Of a DNA stretch of 64,000 bases, positions 26,573 to 38,490 are shown one piece after another. Numbering within the stretch: the first letter of the stretch is position 1; the number at the start of each line of letters is the position of its first letter. Below the pieces are notes generated by a model. That model had not been told where the DNA came from, searched no databases, and worked only from the letters and a program-made list of their open reading frames with translations. Source of the DNA: Fistulifera solaris (Eukaryota); contig AP026130.1 in NCBI GenBank assembly GCA_030295235.1, forward strand, positions 62,001 to 126,000. Reading direction: 5' to 3'. The position numbers were made by a program, and so were the translations under genes.

Positions 26573-29124
26573 ATGAAACTGACGGCTCATTGGGGATCCG
26601 TCTTGTATTTGTCTTGCTCATTGTTCTTGTTGCATCCGATTGCGGCCGCTCTTTGTGAAACTACTACCGAAGGACTCACTGGACTGGGAGAAGAATTTAC
26701 CTTTCCGTCGAAACTATCGATTGTCGATTTCTCGGCATCGGTGACTTACACTACTTTGGCACAAGGTAAGAGTATATGAATGAATTTAGTGTCTTGTTTT
26801 TTTATTGTAAGCTCGTTCTCTTACTCATCCTTGTTTTGCTTTTAGGCGCAACACCCTTTGTCAAAATCATCGCCGCGTCGGAACAGCCGGTCGTTTCTCT
26901 CGGCGAAGACGGTACACTGACGATTGCCCCCGAAGGCTGCAGCGTAGAAGGAGCTCCTGTTGAAGGCGTTCCCTCGGCCCCATCGCCTGTACAAGCTCCT
27001 GTCGAAGGAGGAACCGACGGAGGTGCTCCAGCCGTTGCACCGGAAACTCCGACCGCCAGTAGTGCCGCAACAACCGCTACACTCTTTTCTCTTCCGTTCT
27101 TTTGCCCGTCAACAAGATGACTTCGTTGTTCACGACGTTGACGCTGCTCTCTACCTTTGCCTACGTGCAGGGTTCGAATCATGAAGGCTCATGCATTCCG
27201 ACTTTGACCATTGAGATTGGTGTGCCGGAAACGGCACCTGTTCGACAGAACTTTGGTGAAACCGACCACTACTTGGCCGCGACGGTCGACACTGTGACGT
27301 GGGGATACTACGATCCGACGGCGACGGCCGAGACGGCGGCCTTGACGATGGCCTCGGGTGAGACGGTAACTGTAGAAGTCATTACGCATCATTCGAGTCA
27401 TGATTACGCAAAGATGATTCGTGGTGATCCGGCGATTGAAGAAATCTTTTACTGGTCGGACAACCAAACAGAAGCCACGAAGAATGAACCCAAACTCCCC
27501 GGAACGGGTGTCCATTTGGTGACGGGCCCGATCAACGTAGAAGGTGCCATGCCCGGTGATATTCTTCAAGTCGACATCCTTGAGTTGGATCCTCGTTACA
27601 ATGTAAGTCGTGTGTAACCGTGAAATCACTTGTCGCTGGTTCGTTCGTCTCATTTGTTGTTCTTTTGTATATCATATTGTTTCCTTCAAAAGCCCGTTAC
27701 TGGACGCTGCTACGGAACCAATTCTCAAAAGTTTGCCGGATACCAGTATCGCGTTGGCGAAAAGCGTGATGGAACTCCCTACGTTCGTACGGGTGGAACG
27801 GAAGCAATCACGGTGTTTGAATTCATTGAAGACGATGCTTCCAACATGTTGTACGGGGCGCCTGTTTACATGTAAGTCATTCTCTCTTGATGGATTGTCG
27901 TATTGCTTGTCGTGTCTATCGTGCTCACAGAAATGTCCTCTATTCAGGTATCGTTTCCCCAACATGACGGATCTGGACGGAAACAACCGCACGATTGATA
28001 ACAATCCCTCGGTCACTGTTCCACATGAATTCAACCACGGCTACAATGGAACACTTTTGGAAGAAGATCCCATTGTCTACCCTCCCGGATACGATGCGAC
28101 TTTTGTAAGTACAAAAAGGCAACAACGATGGTCATGGTCGATGAGATAGCAAATAATAATTGTCACTCACACTTGTTTCCCGTTCACATAGGTCACGGAC
28201 GAAGGCGGCATCTTGTATTTGAGCCCGGAACAAGCCCAATTGGACTGGAAAATCCCATTGCGTCCCCACATTGGTACACTGGCGGTCATGCCCAACAATA
28301 CCGGCAATTACTTGGACGAAGAAGCGCAAGGCGGTGCCAGTACCATTCCTCCGTCCCGCTTCGGTGGCAACATTGATGATTGGCGCATTGGCAAGGGTGG
28401 CACCATGTATTATAAAGTGGAAGTACCCGGAGCATTGTTGTTGGTCGGAGACACGCACGCGGCGCAGGGTGATTCGGAATTGGCCGGGACGGCCATGGAA
28501 ACCAGCATGACGGCCAAGTTGCGTGTGACGTTGCACAAGGCGGATAGTTTGCCCAAGATTGTGTCGACCGTCGAATGGCCGTTGTTGGAAACGTCCGACA
28601 AATTTGTTGTGCACGGATTCGCGTTTGCGAATTATTTGGATGAATTGGAAGATCCGTCGACGATCTTTGATGAAGGTGCTAGTTTGGATCAGGCCATGCA
28701 AGACTGTTTTGTCAAGACGCGTGATTGGTTGATGGATGTGTACGACCTGTTGGAAGAGGAAACGATTGCGCTGATGACAACTTCAGTGGATTTCGGTATT
28801 ACGCAAGTTGTAGATGGTAACTGGGGTGTGCATGCGGACATTCCGAAATGGGTCTTTGATGATTCTGGAGCTCCCTACGATTATTCTTGCACAACTTCTC
28901 AAGGACCTGGTCGTCGTCGTCGTCGTGGCCTCTTGAATCATCGTGAACGTCGTTCTTTGTTTGCCAAGATGGTGGGTGATGATGTCGAAATGGATGTTTA
29001 TGCTTCTCAGTTGTACAACAAAGTGACCGCCTCTTGCGCCGCCTGTGGAGATCATCACATGCGTGAATTGTTGGCGGAGAAGTTGGTTCATGCCAAGTTG
29101 GATTTCGCTCATGCGCGTGCTTAA
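26573..29124 (+). CDS. Acetamidase/formamidase family protein with secretory N-terminal extension (5 exons)
   Basis: HLVTGPINVEGAMPGDIL, PPSRFGGNIDDW and GDTHAAQGDSELAGTAME motifs. GT..AG introns at 26766-26845, ~27603-27691, ~27872-27947 and ~28105-28191. Probable frameshift at ~27100. Confidence 0.8.
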
Positions 29125-29595
29125 AAGTCAGTTTCAATGACATGATAATTATAAACCAAACAAATAAAGGTCTGGAATGGTTGAAAGTATAGTAACATAG
29201 TTGCTCTGTTTGCTCTTGTTTCGACTTTTTACCATTCCGTTGGAAATGCAGAGTACTGTTTCACTGAGCCTACAACACTTGCCTCTTGTCGTACCAGGGC
29301 ACACGCGCGCGCACCCTCGAACACTCTGCACCGTTTACCTTTTGGTTGGCCTTTTGAGATGAACGACAATAATAGAGCAACAGAGACAATGATCATTGAT
29401 CTTTCCTCCGCATTTCGTGTTCTTCGGTCTCTCATTCTGAAATAAATAACTTGAGCTGCTAGTCGGCTTCAGTAATCGCTGATTCATTCGTTTCGCAAAT
29501 ATTCGCTGGATAGGAAAAGAGCTAGAAAAGCAACTACTATATTGCTATCATCCGTTGTCGCGAAGAGGAAATTATTATTATCATTATTTTTCAAC

Positions 29596-31166
29596 ATGAA
29601 CCCTTCATTTCCTTATTTCCTATTCTGGATAATAACAGCGACTCCTGCGACGGCGTTTCCTTTTGCCGTGAAAACACACGGCCCAAAAGCTGTCTTTACA
29701 ACCCTACAATTATCCTCCTCATCGAGCATGACTTCGTTAGACGCAAGAGCGGAACAATTGATGCAGGAAAGTCAAAAACGGTTGGGAAATAAAGTCAAAA
29801 TTGGCCCTACAACAACACATCGCTTGGGATTGATTGCCACAGAACGTATTGCGAAAGGACAAGTGATCTTGTCGTTGCCCTGTGAGAACAACAACGACGA
29901 CACATTCCCCGTCTTGACGGTTATGACAGCGAAACAAGTCTTTCAAGATGTTCTGCCGGATTCGTTTGATAGCTGGACCGGCGATGCGGGATTGTTGGCC
30001 ATGTTATTGTTGCATCATGTGGCACACGATGCCAACACGCCTATGCCCTTCCGCACCGCGTGGTTGCAGGCGTTGCCGACCATGGAAGAAATGACGCATC
30101 ATCCGTATTTTTGGTCCGAAGCCGATCAAGAAGTATTGCAAATGTCTTCCACGAACAAAATATATCAACGACTCGATGATATGGAAGAAGATTTCGCGTG
30201 GTGGAAGAAACAAGTCCTCGATGTGAATCGGCAACGATTTCGGAGTCCGTCCACGACCAGCCGTGCTTTTCGTGGACCGGCTTTCAATGGGCCATGGCCG
30301 TGATTCAATCGCGGAGTTTCTTTTTGGATGGTGCTTTGCGATGCATTCCGTTGTTGGATATGTGCAATCATGACGATGCCGCGGAAGAAATTCAGACGGC
30401 GAGTGCGGGTGGATTCTTTGGCAGTGGTGGCAACAAGAACGCGCAATTGATTGCCGATCGCAATTACGAAGTAGGACAAGAAGTGTTTTGCTCGTACGGT
30501 CCGAAAAGTGCGGCCGATTACTTGTTGGAGCACGGGTTTTGTCCCGAGCAGTGTTGGAAGACGGCCGTCTCGGAATTGACCTTTGAGCTCGATCCGAACG
30601 ATCGTTTCCGTGACGACAAATTAGATATTTTGGAATTTGAAACGTACGATCAGGCACCAATGGATCCGGTACAAACCTTTGATGTCGTCAGTAGTACGAG
30701 TACAGGAACTACGCAGACCGATGGATCGCCCGATCCCGCCATGATGCAATTTCTGCGTCTATGCAAGTTGGGCAGCACCGATGCTTTCTTGTTGGAAAGC
30801 ATTTTCCGTAAAGACGTTTGGGGATTCATGGCGTTGCCCGTGAGTGAATCAAATGAATTGGCTGTCGTGAATACCATTGCTGAAACGTGTCAACGGGCGC
30901 TGGATGAATTCAATGAATGTGCCGATGATCGAGGTCCTGAAGTGTGTAAGAAACTGCGACAAGCGGAGACGTGGGCCTTGAGCAAGACGATTGCCTTCGT
31001 GCAAAGAGAAAAGGAAGCTTTGGATTTGAAAGAGTACTATCAGGAACGACGATTAAAAGACCTGGGATTGGATTCCGAGTGGTCACCCGAAGATGACGAT
31101 ATGGTGGGGGATGATCTAAGTTTTGGGCAAACTAGAGCACCCGGTGGTGCCGATTACGATTGGTAA
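29596..31166 (+). CDS. Plastid-targeted SET-domain lysine methyltransferase (Rubisco LSMT-like)
   Basis: Signal peptide plus ATAF motif; GLIATERI, PLLDMCNH and SYGPKS..YLLEHGF. Frameshift at ~30240. Confidence 0.85.
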
Positions 31167-31312
31167 TCAGTGTAGTTAGCTATGCACATCTTAATATGTG
31201 ATATAAGTCGTCTAGTAGGAAAATGTGTACTGTGAAATTTTTCAAATGGGCTATGGTTGGCTTTTAGCTATTACTCCATTTTCTCGAGAAGCAGATACTC
31301 AGATACTCATGA

Positions 31313-31766
31313 TTCATGACTGAAACGCAGTCATGGTGAAAAACTGAGTACACTTAGCACCTATAATAGACACTTGACACAGCGACCTCCGAGTCGTCTG
31401 TTCCATATCTTGATTAAAAAACGCATTGCAAATGTTGCGGTCGGCTATTGTTTTGTATTGAAGACAAAAGTACTTTCATGATCTTGTAAAGGGAACAAAG
31501 GTTGTAAGTCACAATGGTAGGTGTTCATGACTGAAAAGCAGTAATGGTGAAAAACGTCGTCTACGCTACTGGTCTATATTGGTAACTAATACCCCTTTAT
31601 CTTCCGTAAGGAATCGATTCACGGGGTAATAAATGCTACGGAGTATTTGAATTTATTTCTGTATCATTAAAAAGCTCGAAGCTTGTTCCATCGCGCAGGA
31701 TGGACGAAAGGCATGATTTTAGAGTGAGGATCCAAAATGTGATTCAGGACTGGAATTTAGTCGTGG
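31313..31766 (+). repeat. Dispersed ~0.45-kb element, copy 2
   Basis: Motif cores at 31315, 31526 and 31745. Spacers align with copy 3 (e.g. ggatggacg..aggca.tgatt). Confidence 0.75.
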
Positions 31767-31933
31767 TACGTTTGGAGACGCGCAACGACATGATCACGAA
31801 ATCCCAACCATCGAACATAAATGAAAACAAGGAAATAATGATGTGACGACAAATAATAATAATAATAACAGAGTTTCATAAGTGAGAGGGTTGCAGAAGA
31901 GATAACAGGTAAATATTATAATTGATCAGAATT

Positions 31934-33310
31934 ATGCTTCTTCTTCCTTTTCTTCTTATGGGAATGAGAGTGGCGTCGGGCAGGGCTTTTGTCCTTCCGC
32001 AAAGGCGTATAGCGGCGCCATTGCCGCGTCCTCCATCAACACGTCTTTACAATCTCTTGACACCAACAACAACGGCAGCCGCTGCATTGACGACTTCTGC
32101 CTTGACAGGAATGTGGATGGAACGTCGGAAACCGAATTCCGGGATTTTGACGTCTTTGATGGTTTCTTCTGTCGTCTTTTCTCGGATGGCTCCGACCACG
32201 CATTTTCTGTATGATCGATGTTGGGATACGTTTTTACCCGCTTCTTTGGCTTTGTTGTTAATGGGAATGCCACAAAGCAATCAAGACATCAATCAACGAG
32301 AGGAAATTGTTGATACTTCATATTTGAAGGCTCATTCGATTCGTGCCGTGGTTGGTCGTTTGGCTGGGCCGTTTGCGGTGGCTTCGATGGGATCGTTAAT
32401 TGGTTGTACTACGGCGTTTTTCGTGTGTCGCGGTATTTTCCGCCCAGTCGATGCCGCTTGGGCCGGTGCTTGTTTGTCAGCTTCGTTTGTGGGCGGATCG
32501 GTCAATTTCTTGGCCACGGCAGCTTGGATTGCTTCACAAAGAGGAGGAAGAACGGCTACCACTTTGGTGAGTGCCATGACGGCGGCCGATCTCATTGTCA
32601 TGGCGATTTATTTTGCCATTATGGCCGCTGCAACACAGTCGGTGTCGTTGGAACGTTGGTTTCAGCGAACGCAAAAACAGGATGGTCAGGTGGATCCAAC
32701 ACGCACAACAACTTCTTCCGCAAGTGACACCAATATCTCGTCCTCTTCGGTTCCATCGGCAATATCCACATTTCACGTTCCTACTGCCTTGCTCATTACC
32801 ACTATCGCGCTAACATTGGTTCGGGTCGGACAAACAGTAGAGCGAATCTGTTCCGCTTACATTCCTGGCATGGCGTGTGCCTTTTTAGCGGCCGTCACTC
32901 CGGGAATTCGACGGTATTTGCCCGCACGAGTGACGGCAACGGCACCACCGTTATCGCAATTCTGTTTCTTCTTGTTGTTTGCCGCCGTGGGAGTGACCGC
33001 CGATTTGCAAGCGGCACTACAATCGGGGCCCGCGTGTCTCATCTTTGCGGCCGTGGCCCTTCTTCTGCATGGTGTTGTATTAATGGTAGGAGGAAAATAT
33101 TGTCTCACGGGGCGTTCGAAATTCATGGATTGTCTTATTGCGTCGAATGCGGCCATTGGTGGACCGGCTACGGCAGCGACATTTTGTGGAACCTTGCCGG
33201 ACAATACTCAGGCGCTTACCATTGCTGCCACAATATGGGGCGTGTTTGGGTACGCCATTGGAACTACCGTGGGAGTCGGAATGTATCGATTCCTTTCGAT
33301 GTTTGTATGA
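31934..33310 (+). CDS. DUF819-family multi-pass membrane protein, probably plastid-targeted
   Basis: ASFVGGSVNF, IASNAAIGGPATA and GVFGYAIGT motifs; signal peptide plus RAF. Confidence 0.75.
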   Translation: MLLLPFLLMGMRVASGRAFVLPQRRIAAPLPRPPSTRLYNLLTPTTTAAAALTTSALTGMWMERRKPNSGILTSLMVSSVVFSRMAPTTHFLYDRCWDTFLPASLALLLMGMPQSNQDINQREEIVDTSYLKAHSIRAVVGRLAGPFAVASMGSLIGCTTAFFVCRGIFRPVDAAWAGACLSASFVGGSVNFLATAAWIASQRGGRTATTLVSAMTAADLIVMAIYFAIMAAATQSVSLERWFQRTQKQDGQVDPTRTTTSSASDTNISSSSVPSAISTFHVPTALLITTIALTLVRVGQTVERICSAYIPGMACAFLAAVTPGIRRYLPARVTATAPPLSQFCFFLLFAAVGVTADLQAALQSGPACLIFAAVALLLHGVVLMVGGKYCLTGRSKFMDCLIASNAAIGGPATAATFCGTLPDNTQALTIAATIWGVFGYAIGTTVGVGMYRFLSMFV

Positions 33311-33380
33311 AAACGTCTCGAAAGGAATAAAAACGGCACAGAGCGGTATGAAATTGCCTAATTATTATTGGACGCTAGTC

Positions 33381-35883
33381 TTAAAACGGCACATCGCGAA
33401 AACTATCGGGATGAGGCACTTGAACTTTCGAGCCCGCGGACCATCGCGAGTTCGCTGCAGCTGGGCGTCGTGTACGTTTGACTCCTTCCAATCGCGCCGT
33501 GAAACGCTGTTTCAAATCACGAAACCCCATTTCGTCATAAAAAGCTATAATTCGATTTTCATTCATGGGTTCCATCCGTAGCTCACTCACTTGATTTTGA
33601 CCTTCCGGGAAGGTCATGTCCTCTACAGGCAAGTCACCAATAAGGGTCACCAATGCCTTGGAAAGTCGCGCTTGTTCCAAATGCTGCTCTAGTTTCGACC
33701 GCCGCGCCTTTTGCTGCACATCTTCGACATGGTCCAACAGGTACTCCAATGACCCGAATTCTCGGATCAAATCGGCAGCAATTTTCGGGCCAATACCCGG
33801 TACGCCCGGAACATTGTCCGCCACATCGCCTGCCAAAGCCAAAACATCACCCAGCTGCTCGGGCGTAACATTCCACTTTTCCATGACCTGAGTCGAGGTC
33901 ACGCGCTCCATTTTCATCGGATCAATCATATGAACGACCGTCGGACCATCATCTCGAATCAGTTGCATCAAATCCTTGTCACCCGAAAGGATGTGCACGT
34001 CCAGACCTTCGCGTTGCGCCATTCCTGCCAGTGTTGCAATGACATCATCCGCTTCGTAATTCGGTGCTTCAATCATGGGCATACCGTAGGCCAGTCCAGC
34101 TTGTCGAATGAGGCTAAATTGCGGAATCAAATCCATAGGCGCCTCCGCTCGATGTGCCTTGTATTCATTGTAGAGTTCGTGTCGAAAGGTTTTCCCTTTG
34201 GCGTCAAAGACCAATACAATGCGGGGTTGTACTCCTTGTACCATGCGATTCAATATCAATCGGTTTAACATGTTACAGAAACCCATGACAGCACCCGTTG
34301 GCATTCCATCGGATCGATGAATGGGTGGCATGGAATAGTACGCACGGTAGATGTACGCTGAGGCATCAACCAGTAACAGTGGATCACCACTAGCGGGTTT
34401 ACTGAGCTGTTTCTGTCGTCACGGATGACGACGATGAGGGTGGTTTCGCCTGCATTGCGCTTTTCACGCGTGTCCCTTTCACCACGGCTTGTTGTTTCGA
34501 CGATAGATTTCCGAATCTTTTGTTGCAAGCGCCGATATTGCAAAATCAAATCCGCCATGCGATTGCCACTCGCCGCCTTGGCTTCCAAGGCTTCCTTGTT
34601 GGTGGACTCTCCCGGAATCCCAAAGACCGCCAGAGAAACTTGAGAAAGTGAATTGATGTTGAAAGGCTCATTGTTGTTTTGTTGATAAATTTGCTCCGTG
34701 ATTTGTTGCAGTTCCATTTCCAGTACATCCGCAGGAGAACGGGTACCCGTTCCCAAAGAGGCTTGAGCCAATACAGCGCGCTTCTCAGGATCGTTTTTGA
34801 GAAATGTTGATGGTGGAGGCGGAGGTCTTTTTCCAGAAAAGGGAGAAGGTGATGCTGGTATATACGCTGATGGAGTTTGTTTGGAAAAAGTCGGTGGATA
34901 TGAAGCATCTTCGGTTGAAGCGTCAGGTAAAGGGTCACAGCAGCCGGTGTTGGTGACTCCACGACACCTGGCGACTCTGTTGTACTCGTTGCTGTTGTTG
35001 CAGTATTTCTTGCTAATCTATCGATAGTATAGTCATCGCTTTTGTGGTTGTTGCTGTCCTCTAAAGTCATTTGTGCTCCCAAATCATGTAAAAAATCTAG
35101 CAAATCGATAGGTTCGTTGGGTATTTGAATCGGTTTCGGTGGCTGAGAGGATTGCAATTGCGTTTGATTATCGACAGATGGTGTGTTGCCACTCATCGTC
35201 GACCCATCCGAATGAGACTGTTGTTGCTCTGGTAATGTTAATGGCTCTTCGTATTGCGAAGACTCGACGGATGTATTTTCTTTTTCGTTTTGTGCCCGAA
35301 AAGTGAAAAAGTCATAGACAGGAAGATTGTTGATTGTGGATGACGACTGTAGATTCGCTGGCTTTGACTGTGAATTCGTTAACGCTGTAGACGACTGCGG
35401 TGACGAAATAGTACGGATCACAGGAGAGGGTCGCGGAGCTGATACTCGTGATGAAGATTCTCGTGACGGAGCACTCCTTGGTGTCCCTGACGATGATGCG
35501 CTGCTCGTCATCGATGAAATGGGTCTTCCAACGGATTGTTGTTCGTTGGTTGTTTTAACCTTGGGAACCGCTCTTTGTTGCGATTGCCTTTGATTTCGAT
35601 TGTATTCTTCTTCTTGTCGCATCATTTCTTCCATTTCCGCTACATCCGGTTCGTAGTCGTACGCACCACTCAAACCAACTTCCTCTCCATAGCTGTCCCA
35701 TTCGAATGCTGGTCGTCGACGACCTCCGGGCGGAGAAGCAGCAAGAAATGATATTGTTGCTTTGGATCGAAAAGGACGCCTTTTTGTGAAAGAAAAAGCG
35801 AAAGCTCCCTTCGTACTTAACGCAGCAGCAATCATGACATAGAAACAAAAATACAATGAAGAACCACGAAGCAACACTATCAT
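33381..35883 (-). CDS. Organellar 5'-3' exonuclease (Pol I N-terminal / FEN-like) with long N-terminal extension (frameshifted)
   Basis: LLLVDASAYIYRAYY, FRHELYNEYKAHR, YEADDVIATLA, SGDKDLMQL and GDVADNVPGVPGIGPK. N-terminal signal plus AFSF. No polymerase catalytic domain follows. Confidence 0.85.
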
Positions 35884-36020
35884 GGCCGTGTTTAACAGAC
35901 AAACGATATTGTTATTGCATTCAGCAACGCTGACAATAAAGAAAGTTGCGATTACATGCAACAATGAGCAATGAGCTTCTTTTTCTTGCCGCCACATAAA
36001 AACAGAGAACAGCCTCATCA

Positions 36021-36259
36021 CTCGTGTCTGCAATCCAGTCTTGTTGAAAACGAAGTACACGTTGGAGTATAGTAAACAGGACAGTGCAACATGCAGTTCA
36101 GTTTCAACGTAACATAGTGAATGGTTCCCTTACAATGCATCGAACACTAATGTTTAGTGATTTTGGACAACCTGCCCGACGAAATGAAAGTTTCGACAGA
36201 AGCAACCGTTCCAATAATGAAACAATCCTACCTCATGACTAAAAAACATCGAGTCTTGA
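36021..36259 (+). repeat. Dispersed element, degenerate partial copy 4
   Basis: ctcgtgtctgcaatccagtcttgttgaaaa at 36021 and tcatgactaaa at 36233; the cores are 211 bp apart. Confidence 0.45.
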
Positions 36260-36491
36260 AGAAATACGGACAAGACTTTTGTTGATAGTAAACTGGAGTA
36301 GGTCTATACTTTTTACTGCAGTGTATGTTTGTCCCGCAAGATGATCCAATCACATTTCATTCTTCACCAGAATAATTCCAACAACAACACACTTGTCCAC
36401 CATCGCAACGCTTCCACATTTACCTGCTACCATAAAAACACAATTGAAAGCAGCATTTCTATTCATCACTCTCTTTGTTGTATTTCTCTCG

Positions 36492-36820
36492 ATGATGAAG
36501 TCCTTCGCGTTTCTTTTCCGGCAACAACGATTCTCGTGGCCATCGCTGGTAGCAGTCTGGCCGTGGCGAAGGAGGAACAGTCGTACCTATCGGCTCTCGG
36601 ACCGGATCGCGAGTTAGGACTTTATTTTCAGAACTGTGACACCTTTCTTTCTTGTGGAAGGAATGAAGGAGCATACCAAGTTTGCTACTACGGCATGACA
36701 CTCGACGCGGAGCCTCGGACACTGTGCTGGGTAAACACGCCCGCTCGTAACTTTGTGGCGAATACCCTCCGTCTGGTTCGTCGCCTCCGTTGTGGTGGCT
36801 GTGATAGTGTGAGTATTTAA
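36492..36820 (+). CDS. Small secreted Cys-rich protein (frameshifted near start)
   Basis: MMKSFAFLF joined to PATTILVAIAGSSLAVA across a T-run gives a signal peptide. The mature region has 6 Cys. Confidence 0.45.
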
Positions 36821-37255
36821 TGGAACAATTTATAGTATTGATTCTGTTATTCAATAAGGAAGCGCTCTCAATCAGCATTTATTGTCAACTCTCTCATTCC
36901 TCTAGAGCCGATGTTGCTTATAGAGATGAAACAAATGAAAGCAGAGTCGATTGTGGATTTGTAGTCGGCTTCCCATATGTGTCGCGTCTGGCTGGTTCTT
37001 AATAGCCGTACAGAGCCACGAAACATCGGCCGTGTGTTGAAATGCTTCTTCAAAGGTACAAAGAGTATTTAGCATCAAGCGTGTTGCACTGAACTCATAC
37101 ACAAAACTATCCTTCGTTGCAAGATACCAACATAGGAAATCAACAAAACTTTGGGAGTCAACAACTGATCTTCTGCACCTTTCCTGGCATTTGTTGTTAG
37201 CCAACAAGCTCTGGAATGCAGATCCGCCTTGTTTTGTCTTCTCGTTGTTGGGTTT

Positions 37256-38004
37256 CTACCGCTGCAAAAGCGTTTGTAATATTTGCTGCTGCTCAAGAAT
37301 CATTATCTCTATCTGTAGTTCCTCTTCTTTGGTCCATTTACAATAACTGCTGTTTCCTGGTGTCTTTCGTCGTCGTTTCTGTAGATCGGAATCATCATCG
37401 CTGGCCATAGCGGGCCGTTTCTTTTTCATTTTGGACGAAGACAAGCGACTTCGCAAAGCATGGCTAACCTTTTCACGCGCAAACTCCATATCGACTTCAC
37501 GATACAAATGGGTTTCGGTGTCTTTGATGAGAAAGCTAGCGAGAGAAAAAGAAATTTGGGTGAGAGTTGCGACGCACATAGTTATCAGACAGTACTCAAA
37601 TCAGTATGCGAGAACACCTACCGAGAAGGACAGGGCCCGTTACACAATGCTTGCACAACTTCGGCCGTGATGCGTGCCTTGTCGTCCCGCTTGACGGTGC
37701 TTTGATATTCCTCTCGACGCGCCAAAATCATGCGACGGAATTTCTGATTCCCCGCGTGTGCGCAAATGCTTTTGCCACGTCCGCAGACGATATCGTGCTC
37801 GCTGGGCTGCGAGAACCACATTTGTGGGTCCGTTCTTGTCGGTTCGATGGTGGTTGATGTCGATGATGGGTGCGAAAGAATTGTCGATGGTCGAGCCGTC
37901 GAAATGAAAGTAGATGAGGATGCGGTCGGAAGTTTCTCTTGCAAATGAGACGACGACGTCGATGAAACTGACAAATAACTTGTCGACGAGTCGGTATCTT
38001 CCAT
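37256..38004 (-). CDS. DUF6824-type diatom protein (2 exons)
   Basis: DIVCGRGK...HAGNQKFRRMI...RFL...AREKVSHALRS. Intron 37621-37536 (GTAGGT..TAG) joins in frame. Confidence 0.8.
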
Positions 38005-38159
38005 GCTTAGTTGATTCTAATAATGATTGCCGACAATATTGTGGCTTTTTTTTTGACGTGTTTGTTTTTGATTTTTATTGTTGCGTCGTTTCGTTTTGAA
38101 CCACTTTGACGGACTATTATGTGGAGTGTACAATGCCTTTCGTGACGGTTTCATTCACG

Positions 38160-38335
38160 ACTCCAGATAGTCTGGGGGACGTTGTTTTCACGTCTCCAGA
38201 TAATCTGGGGGTGAGGAGTTTTCAACTGTCCAGATAATCTTGGGGCGCGTTGTTTTACGTCTCCAGTTAATCTGGGGAAGCGACGTATTGACCTGTCCAG
38301 ATAATCTGGGCGTGCGGTTTTTTCACATCTGGGGT
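38160..38335. repeat. Array of five CCAGATAATCTGG palindromes at ~33-36-bp spacing
   Basis: Copies at ~38163, 38196, 38229, 38263 and 38296. Confidence 0.75.
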
Positions 38336-38490
38336 TTCATGCATTTTTCCCTCCGCTTATTATTCGCTTTATTATTTGACCGAGCGCAGCTCTTCATTTT
38401 TACAGTCTACATCAAGACGCGGCTGTCTCATTTAATTATTAATGTGAATGTATAGAAACTAATGTTAAATTTCGGGCCAGCGGCGTGGAC

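Noticed and set aside
31313..31766. TCATGACTGAA motif triplets as a CRISPR-like array with unique spacers
   Set aside because: Spacers are ~180 bp and homologous between loci, so this is a dispersed element rather than acquired spacers.
38160..38335. CRISPR-like repeat-spacer appearance
   Set aside because: Repeats are only ~13 bp, spacers resemble each other, the context is eukaryotic and there are no cas genes.
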